In this document: piece after piece, positions 1-8,884 of the stretch
Numbering within the stretch: position 1 is the first letter of the stretch
How the letters are laid out: each line of letters begins with the position of its first letter
From: Acidobacteriota bacterium
Lineage (GTDB): Bacteria > Acidobacteriota > Vicinamibacteria > Vicinamibacterales > SCN-69-37
DNA: 64,000 bases
Direction: 5' to 3'
NCBI GenBank assembly: GCA_039933635.1
Contig: JBDTNQ010000005.1
Coordinates: forward strand, 33,602 to 97,601
Notes under the pieces: model-generated
The model's input: only the letters and a program-made list of their open reading frames with translations
Told to the model about the DNA's origin: nothing
Database searches by the model: none
Translations under genes and position numbers: made by a program

Positions 1-112
1 GCCGAGCGACGACGGGAGCGGGTGATGCGGGTGAAGGTGGCGTTTCCGTTCAGATTCGGTCGGTCGGACCGGGCGAGCTGAGGACGCGCGAACGGCGAAG
101 TGCGAATGGCCG

Positions 113-688
113 TCAGGCGCGTCCCGCGAACTCGCGCGTTTCGGTGTGCACCTTCACGCGTTCGCCTTCCTTGATGAAGAGTGGCACGCGGATCTCGAGC
201 CCCGTCTGAACGGTCGCGGCCTTCGTGACGCCGCCGCTCGCGGTGTCCCCTTTCACACCAGGCTCCGTATTCGTGATGACCATTTCGACGATCGGCGGGA
301 AAAGGACGCCGATGGGGTTGCCATTGAACTTGTACACCTGCACGTCGATGTCGTCGGCGAGTAGCAACCGGTCGTCGCCGATCAGGTCACTGCCGAGCGT
401 GAGCGTGTCGAACGATTCCTGATCGAGGAAGTGGTAACCCGAACTGTCGGCGTATTGGTAGGTCGCCGGCACCTTGACGAGATCGGGATCGCCGAATCGT
501 TCGCCGGCCTTGAACGTCCTGTCGAAGACCGCCCGCGTCAGCATGTTGCGCATCTTCAGGCGCACCAGCGTCTGTCCACCGCGCGCGGTCGGCTTCGATA
601 CCTCGACGTCGAGACAGTGGTACGGCGCGCCTTCGTACTCGAAGAACATCTTTCGCTTGACTTCAATTGCTTCAATCAGCGCAGCCAT
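113..688 (-). CDS. efp: Elongation factor P family protein; its loop and C-terminus resemble the YeiP/EfpL paralogue type
   Basis: 191-aa ORF with the EF-P three-domain pattern (TEPGVKGDTASGG...VPLFIKEGERVKV). The beta3-beta4 loop reads SKPTARGGQT: Arg at the tip and two residues longer than canonical KPGKGQA. The tail REFAGRA resembles E. coli YeiP. Confidence 0.9.
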   Translation of the reverse strand: MAALIEAIEVKRKMFFEYEGAPYHCLDVEVSKPTARGGQTLVRLKMRNMLTRAVFDRTFKAGERFGDPDLVKVPATYQYADSSGYHFLDQESFDTLTLGSDLIGDDRLLLADDIDVQVYKFNGNPIGVLFPPIVEMVITNTEPGVKGDTASGGVTKAATVQTGLEIRVPLFIKEGERVKVHTETREFAGRA

Positions 689-741
689 GGGGATCCGGTA
701 CTCCTTGCCGTCAAACCGTCAGTATAGCCGCGGCTCGCCGG

Positions 742-765
742 GCCCTGGACCTGAAGGTCCAGGGC
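742..765 (-). terminator. GC-rich hairpin (10-bp stem, TGAA loop) just after the stop of the transglutaminase-like gene; hairpin family 2
   Basis: GCCCTGGACC-TGAA-GGTCCAGGGC read directly. It lies 6 nt downstream of the stop at 771 on the minus strand and upstream of efp. Confidence 0.55.
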
Positions 766-770
766 GCAGC

Positions 771-3700
771 TCAGTTGACCGATGTCACTGCGGACGCCGG
801 GATCAGCACGAAGCTGCAGGTCGGGGCGTCGCCGGTGCATGTGAGCGTCCCCCGGCGGACCAGCTTTGCCGCGCTGCCGGCCGGTAGCCGCGACGGCATC
901 TTTGCGGCTCGCACCATCTCGGCCGCCGGGCGCATGCTCGTGTCCCCGCTCACGAACCGCACATCGTCGACCACGCCGTCGGCGCCAACGCGGACGAAGA
1001 TCTGCGCTGCGCCAGTGACCCCAGGGATGCGCGGAACGGAGACGGTGCGACCGCTCACGACGGTGGCAGGCGCGGTCGACACCAGCGCCGCGCGGGCGCG
1101 CGGGTCTGGCGCGATCGACAGAAGATGGCCGGCCGCCCTCGCATCAGGCTCATCGCCGGCCAGGGCGAGGGCGTAGAACTGCGCGGCCGCGTCCCGGTTG
1201 CCTCTGGCCTCGTAGATCTCCGCCAGACGCTCGGCGAATTGACCCTGCTGCGCCAGGTCCCACGCTGCGGCCTGAGTGCGCTCCGCGCCGGCGAGATCAC
1301 CCCCGCGAAACTGAGCCAGGGAGAGGGTGTCCCAGTGCGCGGCCAGATCGCGCATGACACGCAACCCCGGCGCGTCGAGCGTCGTGAGCGTGAGCTTTGC
1401 GGCGTCGGCTTCCGTGGACGCGACCGCGCGTTCCGCGTAGTCGCGTGCATCGTCCAGCCCGACCTTCGCGAGCGCCATCTCCCACGCGATGTTGTTCAAG
1501 GCGAACGCCGACGAGTCATTGGTGGCGGCGGTCTTGAACGCGGCGATGGCGGCGGGCACGTCTGCGGCGCCAGCGTACGCCTTGCCGAGGTCGAAGAACA
1601 GCCGCGGGCTGCCGGCCTGTTTCTCCAACTGTGTGCGAAACACGGTAATGGCTTGGCCGTACTGGCTGACGTTCAGCAGCGCTTCGCCCAGATACAGCGG
1701 ACACTCACGGTCGTCGGGGAAGAGCTCGAGACCGCGCTGCCACGCCTGGACGGCCTCGTCACGACGTCCGGCACTGGCCAAGCGGGTGGCCAACATCTTG
1801 TAGCCAGAGAGACTGGGCGTGCGGACCATCTGGGCCCGGATTCGCTGCAGGCCGCCGTTCGTGTCTCCGGCTTGAATCTGTACCCATCCCGCCAGGACGC
1901 CCACGGATGCGTTCTCAGGCTCCGCCCGCGCGAGGCCATCGATCAGACTCTTCGCGTTCTCGTGGTCCTTGCGATTCGACGCCGTCACGACGGCGCCCAT
2001 CGTCGATACGGTGGCGGCGCTTCCCGCGTACCAGTCGATGGTTGCGTTGTCTCCGAACGCCCACGGCTTGATCGCGCGCAGCGTGACCGCGTGCTTGCTG
2101 TCGTCGAGTGCCTTCAGGAAGTCGCGATAGGAACCGAACTGGTCGACGGCGATCTCCTTGAGCTTCGTCGTGACCGTCCGCTCCGCGGTGTAGACATGGC
2201 CCATCAGCGTGTTCGTGAGGTGGTACTCGATGAAGGCATTGCTCATCGCCACGTCCGCCATCGTGCCAGGCTTGAGCGCGACATCGAAGCCATCAGGCAT
2301 CTCGATCCGTGAGGTGGCCCGCAACCGGGAGGCGACGCTGAAGGGCAGGGGCACGGCCGGGGCGGTGTCGTCGGGTGCTTGGGGCAAGCGCATCCATGGC
2401 AGGGCGGCGCTGATCTCCTGGTCCGAAAACTCTGAGAATTTGTCGTCGGTGTACGTGTAGGTGAGCCGAAACGGTGCGGAAGTATCTTCCGCGTCCGATA
2501 CTTTCAGATCGGTGGCCTTGCCGCCGAAGCGGGAGGGCAACGGCAGCTGCGGAGCGAACTCGGGCCATCGCGACTGCGGCACGGCGCGAAACACCTGCCG
2601 CAGCCCGATCTCGCTGTCGCCGGAGTAGGTCTCGGTGACCGCAGCCACGAGCGTGCCCGTGGCGTCGAGGCTGCCTCGCACGTCAATCGTCCACTCGTTG
2701 CCGCGCGCGAAGCTCGCGGGGGTCTTGATCAGCGCGGCGGCGCCGGCCGCTGGAATCCGCAACACCTGCTGGTCACTTTCTGCGCTGGCGAGGAACCCAG
2801 GCGGCGCGACCTCCATCGTGGCGTCCATCCAGGTACCGCCGTCGACACCCGGAACGAACGTGATGACGTGGTTGAACTGCGCCATGGACGGCACGTCGAC
2901 ATCCAGACGGCTTCCTGGTGCGATGAGCGCCGCGTGAGACTCCAAACCCACCGCCTGCAGGAGGGCCACGAGCAGCGTGTGCTTATCCTTGCAGTCGCCG
3001 AACCCATTCGACAGCACCTCGGCCGCCGTGTGCGGCTGGATGCGGCCCACGCCGAGGCTGATGCCGATGTACCGCACCTTCGTACCGACGTAGTTGAAGA
3101 CCGCCGCCAGCTTCTCGCGGTCCGACTTCGCGCTCCGCGTCAGCTCGCGAGCCTTCTCCTGGATGGCGGGAGTCACATCCGCGCGCCCGCGCCAGAGTAC
3201 GCGCACCGCATCGCCGACCGCCGCCCAATCCTTGAACGATGTGATCTGGATGTCCGCAGCCCGATCTCGAACCGCATAGGCTCTTTCCGCTAGTTCCTTC
3301 GGTGTCAGACGTTTCGGCGTTGCGTGACGCCAGGCGTACGTGCGCCTGCCGCCCTCCGTCGTCACCACTGGCGCCGCCTCGGGGCTCTTCACGGTGACCG
3401 CAACGTCGTCCGGCACGGAGACACGGATGTCCTCGTCCAGCACCACCGCGTCATCATTCCAGTTGTGCGACATCCAGAAGTGGCCTGGCAGTATGGACCG
3501 TTCGACCAGGTGCGTCGCGTACTCGACCGTGTCGCCCACCTCCAACCCCTGAACGTTGATGTTGCGAAGGTAGACGTCGGAGTACATCGGCGCAGCCGTC
3601 GTGATTTCTGCCGGGACCTCGATGGCAGATGAGACCGGCGTCTCGATGACAGTGCCGTTGGGCTTTCGAACACGCACGTAGCGGACGTCGAGCGTGTCGA

Positions 3701-3968
3701 GCTCCCGGCTGTAAGGGATCGCGACGGTACCGGCTTCCTTGAGGGCGCCGGCGTTCTGCACGCGCACGCGGACGTCACCGTCGCGCGTCGCGGTGCCCTG
3801 GCGGTCAAAGGTCGTCGTCACCGCCAGGCGAACGATCACCGCGGCTTCCTGTGACAGGTCTGCCGTCGCTGGTGCTTGCGGCGGCGGGGGCGCCTGCGCC
3901 GCTGGATTGGATCGCAGGGTGCTGAGCAGCACGATGGCAAACAACGGCCGCAAAATCCGGTTCCTCAT
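771..3968 (-). CDS. Secreted multidomain protein: DUF3857-like N-terminus, transglutaminase-like cysteine protease core, TPR repeats, TonB_C-like C-terminal domain
   Basis: Transglutaminase-core motif FGDCKDKHTLLVALLQAVGLESHAALI. TPR-like Ala/Leu-rich repeats in the C-terminal third. The last ~90 aa (GAAQIFVRVGADGVVDDVRFVSGDTSMRPAAEMV) resemble TonB C-terminal domains. Start moved from 4076 to the ATG at 3968, which gives a signal peptide (MRNRILRPLFAIVLLSTLRSNPAAQA) and removes the overlap with the upstream gene. Confidence 0.75.
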   Translation of the reverse strand: MRNRILRPLFAIVLLSTLRSNPAAQAPPPPQAPATADLSQEAAVIVRLAVTTTFDRQGTATRDGDVRVRVQNAGALKEAGTVAIPYSRELDTLDVRYVRVRKPNGTVIETPVSSAIEVPAEITTAAPMYSDVYLRNINVQGLEVGDTVEYATHLVERSILPGHFWMSHNWNDDAVVLDEDIRVSVPDDVAVTVKSPEAAPVVTTEGGRRTYAWRHATPKRLTPKELAERAYAVRDRAADIQITSFKDWAAVGDAVRVLWRGRADVTPAIQEKARELTRSAKSDREKLAAVFNYVGTKVRYIGISLGVGRIQPHTAAEVLSNGFGDCKDKHTLLVALLQAVGLESHAALIAPGSRLDVDVPSMAQFNHVITFVPGVDGGTWMDATMEVAPPGFLASAESDQQVLRIPAAGAAALIKTPASFARGNEWTIDVRGSLDATGTLVAAVTETYSGDSEIGLRQVFRAVPQSRWPEFAPQLPLPSRFGGKATDLKVSDAEDTSAPFRLTYTYTDDKFSEFSDQEISAALPWMRLPQAPDDTAPAVPLPFSVASRLRATSRIEMPDGFDVALKPGTMADVAMSNAFIEYHLTNTLMGHVYTAERTVTTKLKEIAVDQFGSYRDFLKALDDSKHAVTLRAIKPWAFGDNATIDWYAGSAATVSTMGAVVTASNRKDHENAKSLIDGLARAEPENASVGVLAGWVQIQAGDTNGGLQRIRAQMVRTPSLSGYKMLATRLASAGRRDEAVQAWQRGLELFPDDRECPLYLGEALLNVSQYGQAITVFRTQLEKQAGSPRLFFDLGKAYAGAADVPAAIAAFKTAATNDSSAFALNNIAWEMALAKVGLDDARDYAERAVASTEADAAKLTLTTLDAPGLRVMRDLAAHWDTLSLAQFRGGDLAGAERTQAAAWDLAQQGQFAERLAEIYEARGNRDAAAQFYALALAGDEPDARAAGHLLSIAPDPRARAALVSTAPATVVSGRTVSVPRIPGVTGAAQIFVRVGADGVVDDVRFVSGDTSMRPAAEMVRAAKMPSRLPAGSAAKLVRRGTLTCTGDAPTCSFVLIPASAVTSVN

Positions 3969-4005
3969 GCGATCGACCTGTCCAATTCTTCCGACCGAGC
4001 GGGCC

Positions 4006-4917
4006 TCATGTGTCCGGAAAGACCGCATCGGGCAGACCGCGCACGCCGGGCGCGATGTGAAACACGCCGCCAGCATGTGGCAGACGCGCCAGCGCCTGGG
4101 CGTCCATTTCGAGCCGGGAAGACGTGACGTACAAGTCGGTCAGGTCCGCGCCGCCGAAAGCCGGGCACGTGGTGTTCGTGGCCGCGACGAAGATCTCCCG
4201 CACGACCACGCCATCCGGGGAATAGCGCTGCAGCCGACCCTCGCCCCAGACGGCGCTCCACAGGCAGCCGTCGGCGTCGACGATGGAGCCATCCGGCACG
4301 CCGCCGGGCGTCGACAGACGGGCGAACTCACGAACATTCTCCACATGCGCGGTGGCGGCATCGTAGTCGGCTTGCATGATCCGCCGATCGAGCGAGTCCG
4401 CGAAGTACATCGTGCGGCCGTCCACGCTGAAGCAGATGCTGTTGGTGATGGCCACCGGGTCGATGTTCATGCGCCGAAGCCCGTGACGCGACGAGAACTG
4501 ATAGATGTGACCGAGGCGCGCGCCGGTACTGGCGTGTTCTTCGTTCATCGTGCCGAAGACGAAGTTGCCGGCACGATCGGTGCGTCCGTCGTTGATGCGG
4601 GTCCGCGGCTCGTCCGCTTCCACCGGCGCCACGGCGATGACGGGCAGCACGCCCGCAATGTGTTGATCGAGATCGGCGAACGCCAGCCCTTTCGCCAGGC
4701 CGAGCAGCACCCGGCCGGATGCGCACAACGCCAGCGACCCAGCGCGATCCGGCAAGCGCCACGTCCTCGTCGTGCCCGTGGCGGGCGTGTGCATCCAAAG
4801 CGTCGCGCCTTCGATGTCCGTCCACACGAGCCCACGGCGGCGTCGACACCACACAGGGCCTTCGCCCAGCGTGCACTTGGCATCGGCCCAGAGCGTGGCC
4901 GTCTCCTTCTCGGTCAT
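4006..4917 (-). CDS. SMP-30/gluconolactonase/LRE family protein
   Basis: 303-aa ORF with an N-terminus typical of the family (CTLGEGPVWCRRRRGLVWTDIEGATLW) and beta-propeller-like repeats (DGRTMYFADS, DGSIVDADGCLWSAVWGEGRL). Confidence 0.8.
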   Translation of the reverse strand: MTEKETATLWADAKCTLGEGPVWCRRRRGLVWTDIEGATLWMHTPATGTTRTWRLPDRAGSLALCASGRVLLGLAKGLAFADLDQHIAGVLPVIAVAPVEADEPRTRINDGRTDRAGNFVFGTMNEEHASTGARLGHIYQFSSRHGLRRMNIDPVAITNSICFSVDGRTMYFADSLDRRIMQADYDAATAHVENVREFARLSTPGGVPDGSIVDADGCLWSAVWGEGRLQRYSPDGVVVREIFVAATNTTCPAFGGADLTDLYVTSSRLEMDAQALARLPHAGGVFHIAPGVRGLPDAVFPDT

Positions 4918-4942
4918 GCGAGACGGAATGATACAGGTATAG

Positions 4943-4979
4943 AAGAGACCGGGCCTTGAACTTCTAGACCCGGTCTCTT
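4943..4979 (-). repeat. Hairpin repeat family 1, single copy (11-bp arms, 15-nt loop); probable terminator of the TonB_C gene
   Basis: AAGAGACCGGG-CCTTGAACTTCTAGA-CCCGGTCTCTT. Its reverse complement matches the copy at 46000-46033 at nearly every position, loop core AGTTCAAG included. Confidence 0.7.
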
Positions 4980-4981
4980 TA

Positions 4982-5899
4982 TTATCGCCTCGGCGCGAGC
5001 AGGATATCGATGGTCTTGCGGAACTTCACCGGCGCGCCGTTGCGGGTCGCCGGCTGAAACTTCCAGGACTTCGCGGCCATGAGCAGAATGGGATCGTAGG
5101 TCGGCGCCACCGGCTTACGGATGTTGGCGGCTTCGACATTGCCGCGCTCGTCGATGAGGAGTTCAAGGATGCCGCGGTATTCGGTGGTGCGGGCCATCAC
5201 CGTCGGCGGGTTCCACATCGGGAGGCGCCGCTCGATGTCCACCGGCGGGACGACCGACTTGTCCTCCGCGGTGTAGATCAGAGGAGCCGCCGGGGCCACG
5301 GGTGCGGCTGGAGTCACGGCTGCCGCGCGTGCGGCCGCCGCAGCCTGGGCGGCTCTCGCGGCCGAAACGACTTCACCGTCTGCGAGCTTCAAGAACCCTT
5401 CGCCGAGCATCTTCAGGTCCGCCAGACCCGCGGCGCGGTCGCCCATGTCGCTGTCGTTGACCACGGCCAGCATGTCGCGGAACTGCGCCGCGGCCGACGC
5501 GTATTGCTTCGCGTCGAAATCGGCCTTGGCCTTCGCATAGAGATCGCGGGCCGCGCCGGGCAGCATGCGCTTGCGCACCTCGCGATACATGGCGACCAGA
5601 CGCGGCGACACGTCCGACTCCGGGATCGCATACAGCGGCTTCGCGGCCACCATGCGTTCCAACGATGACTGCGCTTCGTCGGTCCGTCCGAGTCCCAGCA
5701 GACACAACGCGCGGTACTGCTCGGTCTGCTCCTTGCTCAGACGATCTTCCGCGCCGGCAAGACGCGTGAGCGCCTCTTCGAATGACGCGGATGCGTAGAG
5801 GTCTTTGACGGCGGACAGGTCGTCCGCGGCCGAGATGGCCGCCGGGCCCTGCGCGAGCATCGTGGTCAGAGCGAGCGCGACGGTGGTTACGGTGATCAT
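4982..5899 (-). CDS. Secreted TPR-like protein with TonB C-terminal domain
   Basis: Start taken at the ATG at 5899 (MITVTTVALALTTMLAQGPAA, signal-like), which overlaps the upstream stop as ATGA. An Ala-rich linker is followed by a C-terminus (YRGILELLIDERGNVEAANIRKPV...AAKSWKFQPATRNGAPV) typical of TonB_C. Confidence 0.7.
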   Translation of the reverse strand: MITVTTVALALTTMLAQGPAAISAADDLSAVKDLYASASFEEALTRLAGAEDRLSKEQTEQYRALCLLGLGRTDEAQSSLERMVAAKPLYAIPESDVSPRLVAMYREVRKRMLPGAARDLYAKAKADFDAKQYASAAAQFRDMLAVVNDSDMGDRAAGLADLKMLGEGFLKLADGEVVSAARAAQAAAAARAAAVTPAAPVAPAAPLIYTAEDKSVVPPVDIERRLPMWNPPTVMARTTEYRGILELLIDERGNVEAANIRKPVAPTYDPILLMAAKSWKFQPATRNGAPVKFRKTIDILLAPRR

Positions 5900-7149
5900 T
5901 TGGTCAGATCCATCCCGGCGCGCACCGGCGCTCCAGCCGTCACCTTGACGGTCTGACGCCGCTCGCCCAGCTGCGGATGCCTCCACACAACTTCGTGATT
6001 GCCAATCGTGACCGACAGATTGCCCAGCGGGGTCTGGCCGATCGGCTGGCCGTCGAGCGTGACGTCGGCCCAGGGGAGCGCGTTGATCGAGAGCGTGTTC
6101 TTGGGCAGCGTCACGGGCATCGTCACCGTCTTGCCGGCGGGCACCTTCACGCTCAACGTTTGACTGAATGAGAACGTTGCGGCCTGCACCTCGAGCTCGT
6201 GCGCGCCGGCCGGCAGCATCAGGCTGTCCGTGCCGGTCGTGCCGATGATCTTGCCGTTCTCGAGCACCTGCATTTCGAACGGCGCCTTGATGGCCACCCA
6301 TCCGCCCGCGGCGCCCGTCGGCGCGACAGAGAGCAGCACGGAGGCGGTCGCGCCGGCCGACACGTTGACCGATCGACTGACGCTGTTCTCACCCGACACC
6401 ACGGCGACCCGGTGCGACCCGGGTTCGATTGAGGTGATCACGAGCGGCGTCGTACCGCGCGGCGCGCCGTCGACGGTGACCTGTGCGCCCACGGGATCCG
6501 ACGACACTTCGAGGCGGCCCACCGCTGCATCAGCCGGTGCGAGGTCGACGTACTGACGTACGGTCGATCCCGCCTCGACCTGCAGCGGCACCGTGCGCTT
6601 GCTCGCGCCGTTGTGCAGTTCCAATGTGTAGGTGCCGACCGGCAAGGTCAGCTTCAGCGGCGTGACACCCTTGGAGACGCCGTCCACCAGTACTTCCGCG
6701 CCGTCGGGGCGAGAGACGATCGAGGCGCTGCCTTCCGGAATGACGGGCGCAGCGGCGGTCACGGGCGTCGCGGCCAGGCGCTTCGATCGCAGATACGCGA
6801 CCGACGGCACCGCGGCGGCGGCCATGACGACGCCGGCAATGCCCAGCATCACGCCGCGTGAGAGCCCCTTCTTGCGGGGAGGCGGCATGTAGGTCGCAGG
6901 GTTCGGCTCGGGCTTCTGGAAGCGCGGAGGATGCGGCAGCGGCGGCGGCATCGCCGCGAGCGGCGCCAGGTGAATCGGCGGCTCCGCGGACGGACCAAGC
7001 AGCATCACATCGGGCGGAACCGCCGGCTTCGGCGGCGGCGCCGGAGCCGGAAAGTCGAGACCCGTGAACGGGTCTTTTCCAGGTTGCAAGGACGGGCCGT
7101 TGTCGACGGGCCCAAGCTGAAACGGCTGCGGAGAGGTTGGAGGCGTCAT
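5896..7149 (-). CDS. PEGA domain-containing membrane protein
   Basis: Pro-rich N-terminus and one TM segment (GVMLGIAGVVMAAAAVPSVAYL). This is followed by about four repeats of the PEGA pattern (SRPDGAEVLVDGVSKGVTPLKLTLPVGTYTLEL; DPVGAQVTVDGAPRGTTPL; PWADVTLDGQPIGQTPL). Confidence 0.8.
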   Translation of the reverse strand: MTPPTSPQPFQLGPVDNGPSLQPGKDPFTGLDFPAPAPPPKPAVPPDVMLLGPSAEPPIHLAPLAAMPPPLPHPPRFQKPEPNPATYMPPPRKKGLSRGVMLGIAGVVMAAAAVPSVAYLRSKRLAATPVTAAAPVIPEGSASIVSRPDGAEVLVDGVSKGVTPLKLTLPVGTYTLELHNGASKRTVPLQVEAGSTVRQYVDLAPADAAVGRLEVSSDPVGAQVTVDGAPRGTTPLVITSIEPGSHRVAVVSGENSVSRSVNVSAGATASVLLSVAPTGAAGGWVAIKAPFEMQVLENGKIIGTTGTDSLMLPAGAHELEVQAATFSFSQTLSVKVPAGKTVTMPVTLPKNTLSINALPWADVTLDGQPIGQTPLGNLSVTIGNHEVVWRHPQLGERRQTVKVTAGAPVRAGMDLTK

Positions 7150-7315
7150 AGCTCGGCCCGCTCAAGAGGCAAGTACCGGGCCAGCCAGTTTTGTGCCCGA
7201 TCGTGTCAGGGTCTATCGCGGATGCCGGACACGACCGAACGCGGTTTACAGAAGCAAAATCGTAAGAACAGATATGTGATCGAAGGTTCTGGGTTCGCGG
7301 TGCTGTCCAACCTCC

Positions 7316-8869
7316 TCAAGCCCTCGCCCGTGCAGCTTCCGCTTCCTCGTCCAGCACCTTCACCGTGCGGTCGTAGAGCGCTTCGGCTTCCTCCCGCGTG
7401 TTGGCGACCGCGGTGAGCCCAAGCGCGCCCTGCTCGCCGATGCCGTTGATCATGTGCAGAACCACGCCTTTCTGACGGGATTGATCGAAGTGCAGACCGT
7501 GGCGCGCGACGATGTCGAACAGGTCGTGGTGGGTGAAGGCACGGTACGCGGGGGAATGGACGTGGTCGCTCGCGACGAGGCATTTCGTCTCGCCGAGTGG
7601 CGTCGTGAAGACGCCAGTATCTGCGTCGTACTTCCCGTCCGTCAGGTACTGCAGCGTGAGGAACGGGTGCGTGGTCCCGCCCTTCCGGAGATTGATCTCG
7701 ATCGCGTAGACCTCCCACTGGTCCTGCTCGTTCAGCACCGTCACGAAGTCGAGCGCAAAGCGCCCGAGCACGCCTTCCTTCGCGAGTCGCCGGCCGACCT
7801 TCAGGGCTTCCGCCATGATCGTGGTCGCGTACTCCGGACTCGCGGGAAACTTGCAGCCGAGGTAGGCCTGGCCACTGGGTCCACCGAGCATCTGGTCGTG
7901 GGTCGACAGCGGCTCGATCTCGCCGAGTGGGGTCACCCGCAGTTGGGCGCTGGGGCTCCGGAACTCGCGTCCGGCAATCAGTTCTTCGACGATGCCCCCG
8001 TGCTCCTGGAGTTTCTCGACGTAGCGACTCCACGTCATCTTGGCGGACTCGAACTTCATCGCCTTCACGCAATCCAGGATGGCGGCGCGTTCGCCCGCGT
8101 CACCGGGAGCGGGCACGCCGCTGAGATCGACATTGGCGTTGCCGGCGCCTGACACGCCCTCGTTCAGCTTCGCGACGATCTTCGTGATGGCCGGCTTCTG
8201 TTTCCGCATGCCGGCAATCGCGTCCACCATCTGCTCCGGGGTGTGCAGGTCCTCGACTCCGAGCGGGTGGGACACGCCTTCCTCCGAGAACACCTTACGC
8301 GCGCCGCTCTTGGTTCCGAGATGAAAGCACTTCGGATCGGCGCCGTACATCGGGATGCCCAGCCTGATGGCCAGTTCCTTCTCGGCATCCGTCGTGGCGT
8401 ACGGCACCAGGTGCGCGCGAGCCGGGTCGAGAATCAACGACTTGATCTCGTCGATGACGCGCGGCCGCGCGAGCAACTTCTCCGTCAGGGTCGCTGCCGA
8501 TCCATCCAGGGGCGTGACGAGGAACAGGCGTTTGCGCGCATGCCCCGCAAACACGCCGGGCAGGAGATCGAGGTAGTAGTCGACCACGTCGTCGTGGATC
8601 GCCTGCGACGTGACGTAAATCAGTCGCGCGCGCGGCTGGCGCAGCAGAAACAGGAGAAAGAGGTAGCGTTCTTCAAGCGCCTGCTGCCGCACGCCCTTCG
8701 CGCCCGAATCGACGCTGAGCGAGGGGACGACCACGATCGTCTGCGGGTCGTGGTTGAAGTCCCCCATGGACTTCCAGAGGGGGGCGAGACGCTGCTGAAG
8801 CGCCTCGAACCGCGCGTTGGCTTCAGCTTCACTCAGACCCAGCGGCTGCGGAGCAAATGTCTCGTCCAC
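7316..8869 (-). CDS. ATP-grasp superfamily carboxylate-amine/peptide ligase, possibly PGM1-related
   Basis: 517-aa ORF with a GTG start. It has a pre-ATP-grasp-like N-terminus (TIVVVPSLSVD...RYLFLLFLLRQPRARLIYVTS), an ATP-grasp core (KIVAKLNEGVSGAGNA) and the metal-binding motif YAIEINLRKGGTTHP. Confidence 0.6.
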   Translation of the reverse strand: MDETFAPQPLGLSEAEANARFEALQQRLAPLWKSMGDFNHDPQTIVVVPSLSVDSGAKGVRQQALEERYLFLLFLLRQPRARLIYVTSQAIHDDVVDYYLDLLPGVFAGHARKRLFLVTPLDGSAATLTEKLLARPRVIDEIKSLILDPARAHLVPYATTDAEKELAIRLGIPMYGADPKCFHLGTKSGARKVFSEEGVSHPLGVEDLHTPEQMVDAIAGMRKQKPAITKIVAKLNEGVSGAGNANVDLSGVPAPGDAGERAAILDCVKAMKFESAKMTWSRYVEKLQEHGGIVEELIAGREFRSPSAQLRVTPLGEIEPLSTHDQMLGGPSGQAYLGCKFPASPEYATTIMAEALKVGRRLAKEGVLGRFALDFVTVLNEQDQWEVYAIEINLRKGGTTHPFLTLQYLTDGKYDADTGVFTTPLGETKCLVASDHVHSPAYRAFTHHDLFDIVARHGLHFDQSRQKGVVLHMINGIGEQGALGLTAVANTREEAEALYDRTVKVLDEEAEAARARA

Positions 8870-8884
8870 GCACGCGATTCTACG

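Noticed and set aside
3969-4076. N-terminal extensions offered by the ORF track: 771-4076, 4982-6301, 21373-, 22077-, 24085-, 27693-28580, 31876-, 34493-35305, 37588-, 52401-53669 and 53536-.
   Set aside because: The extensions overlap neighbouring genes or lack homology. Internal starts give signal peptides, Rossmann N-termini or ATGA/GTGA coupling with the upstream stop.
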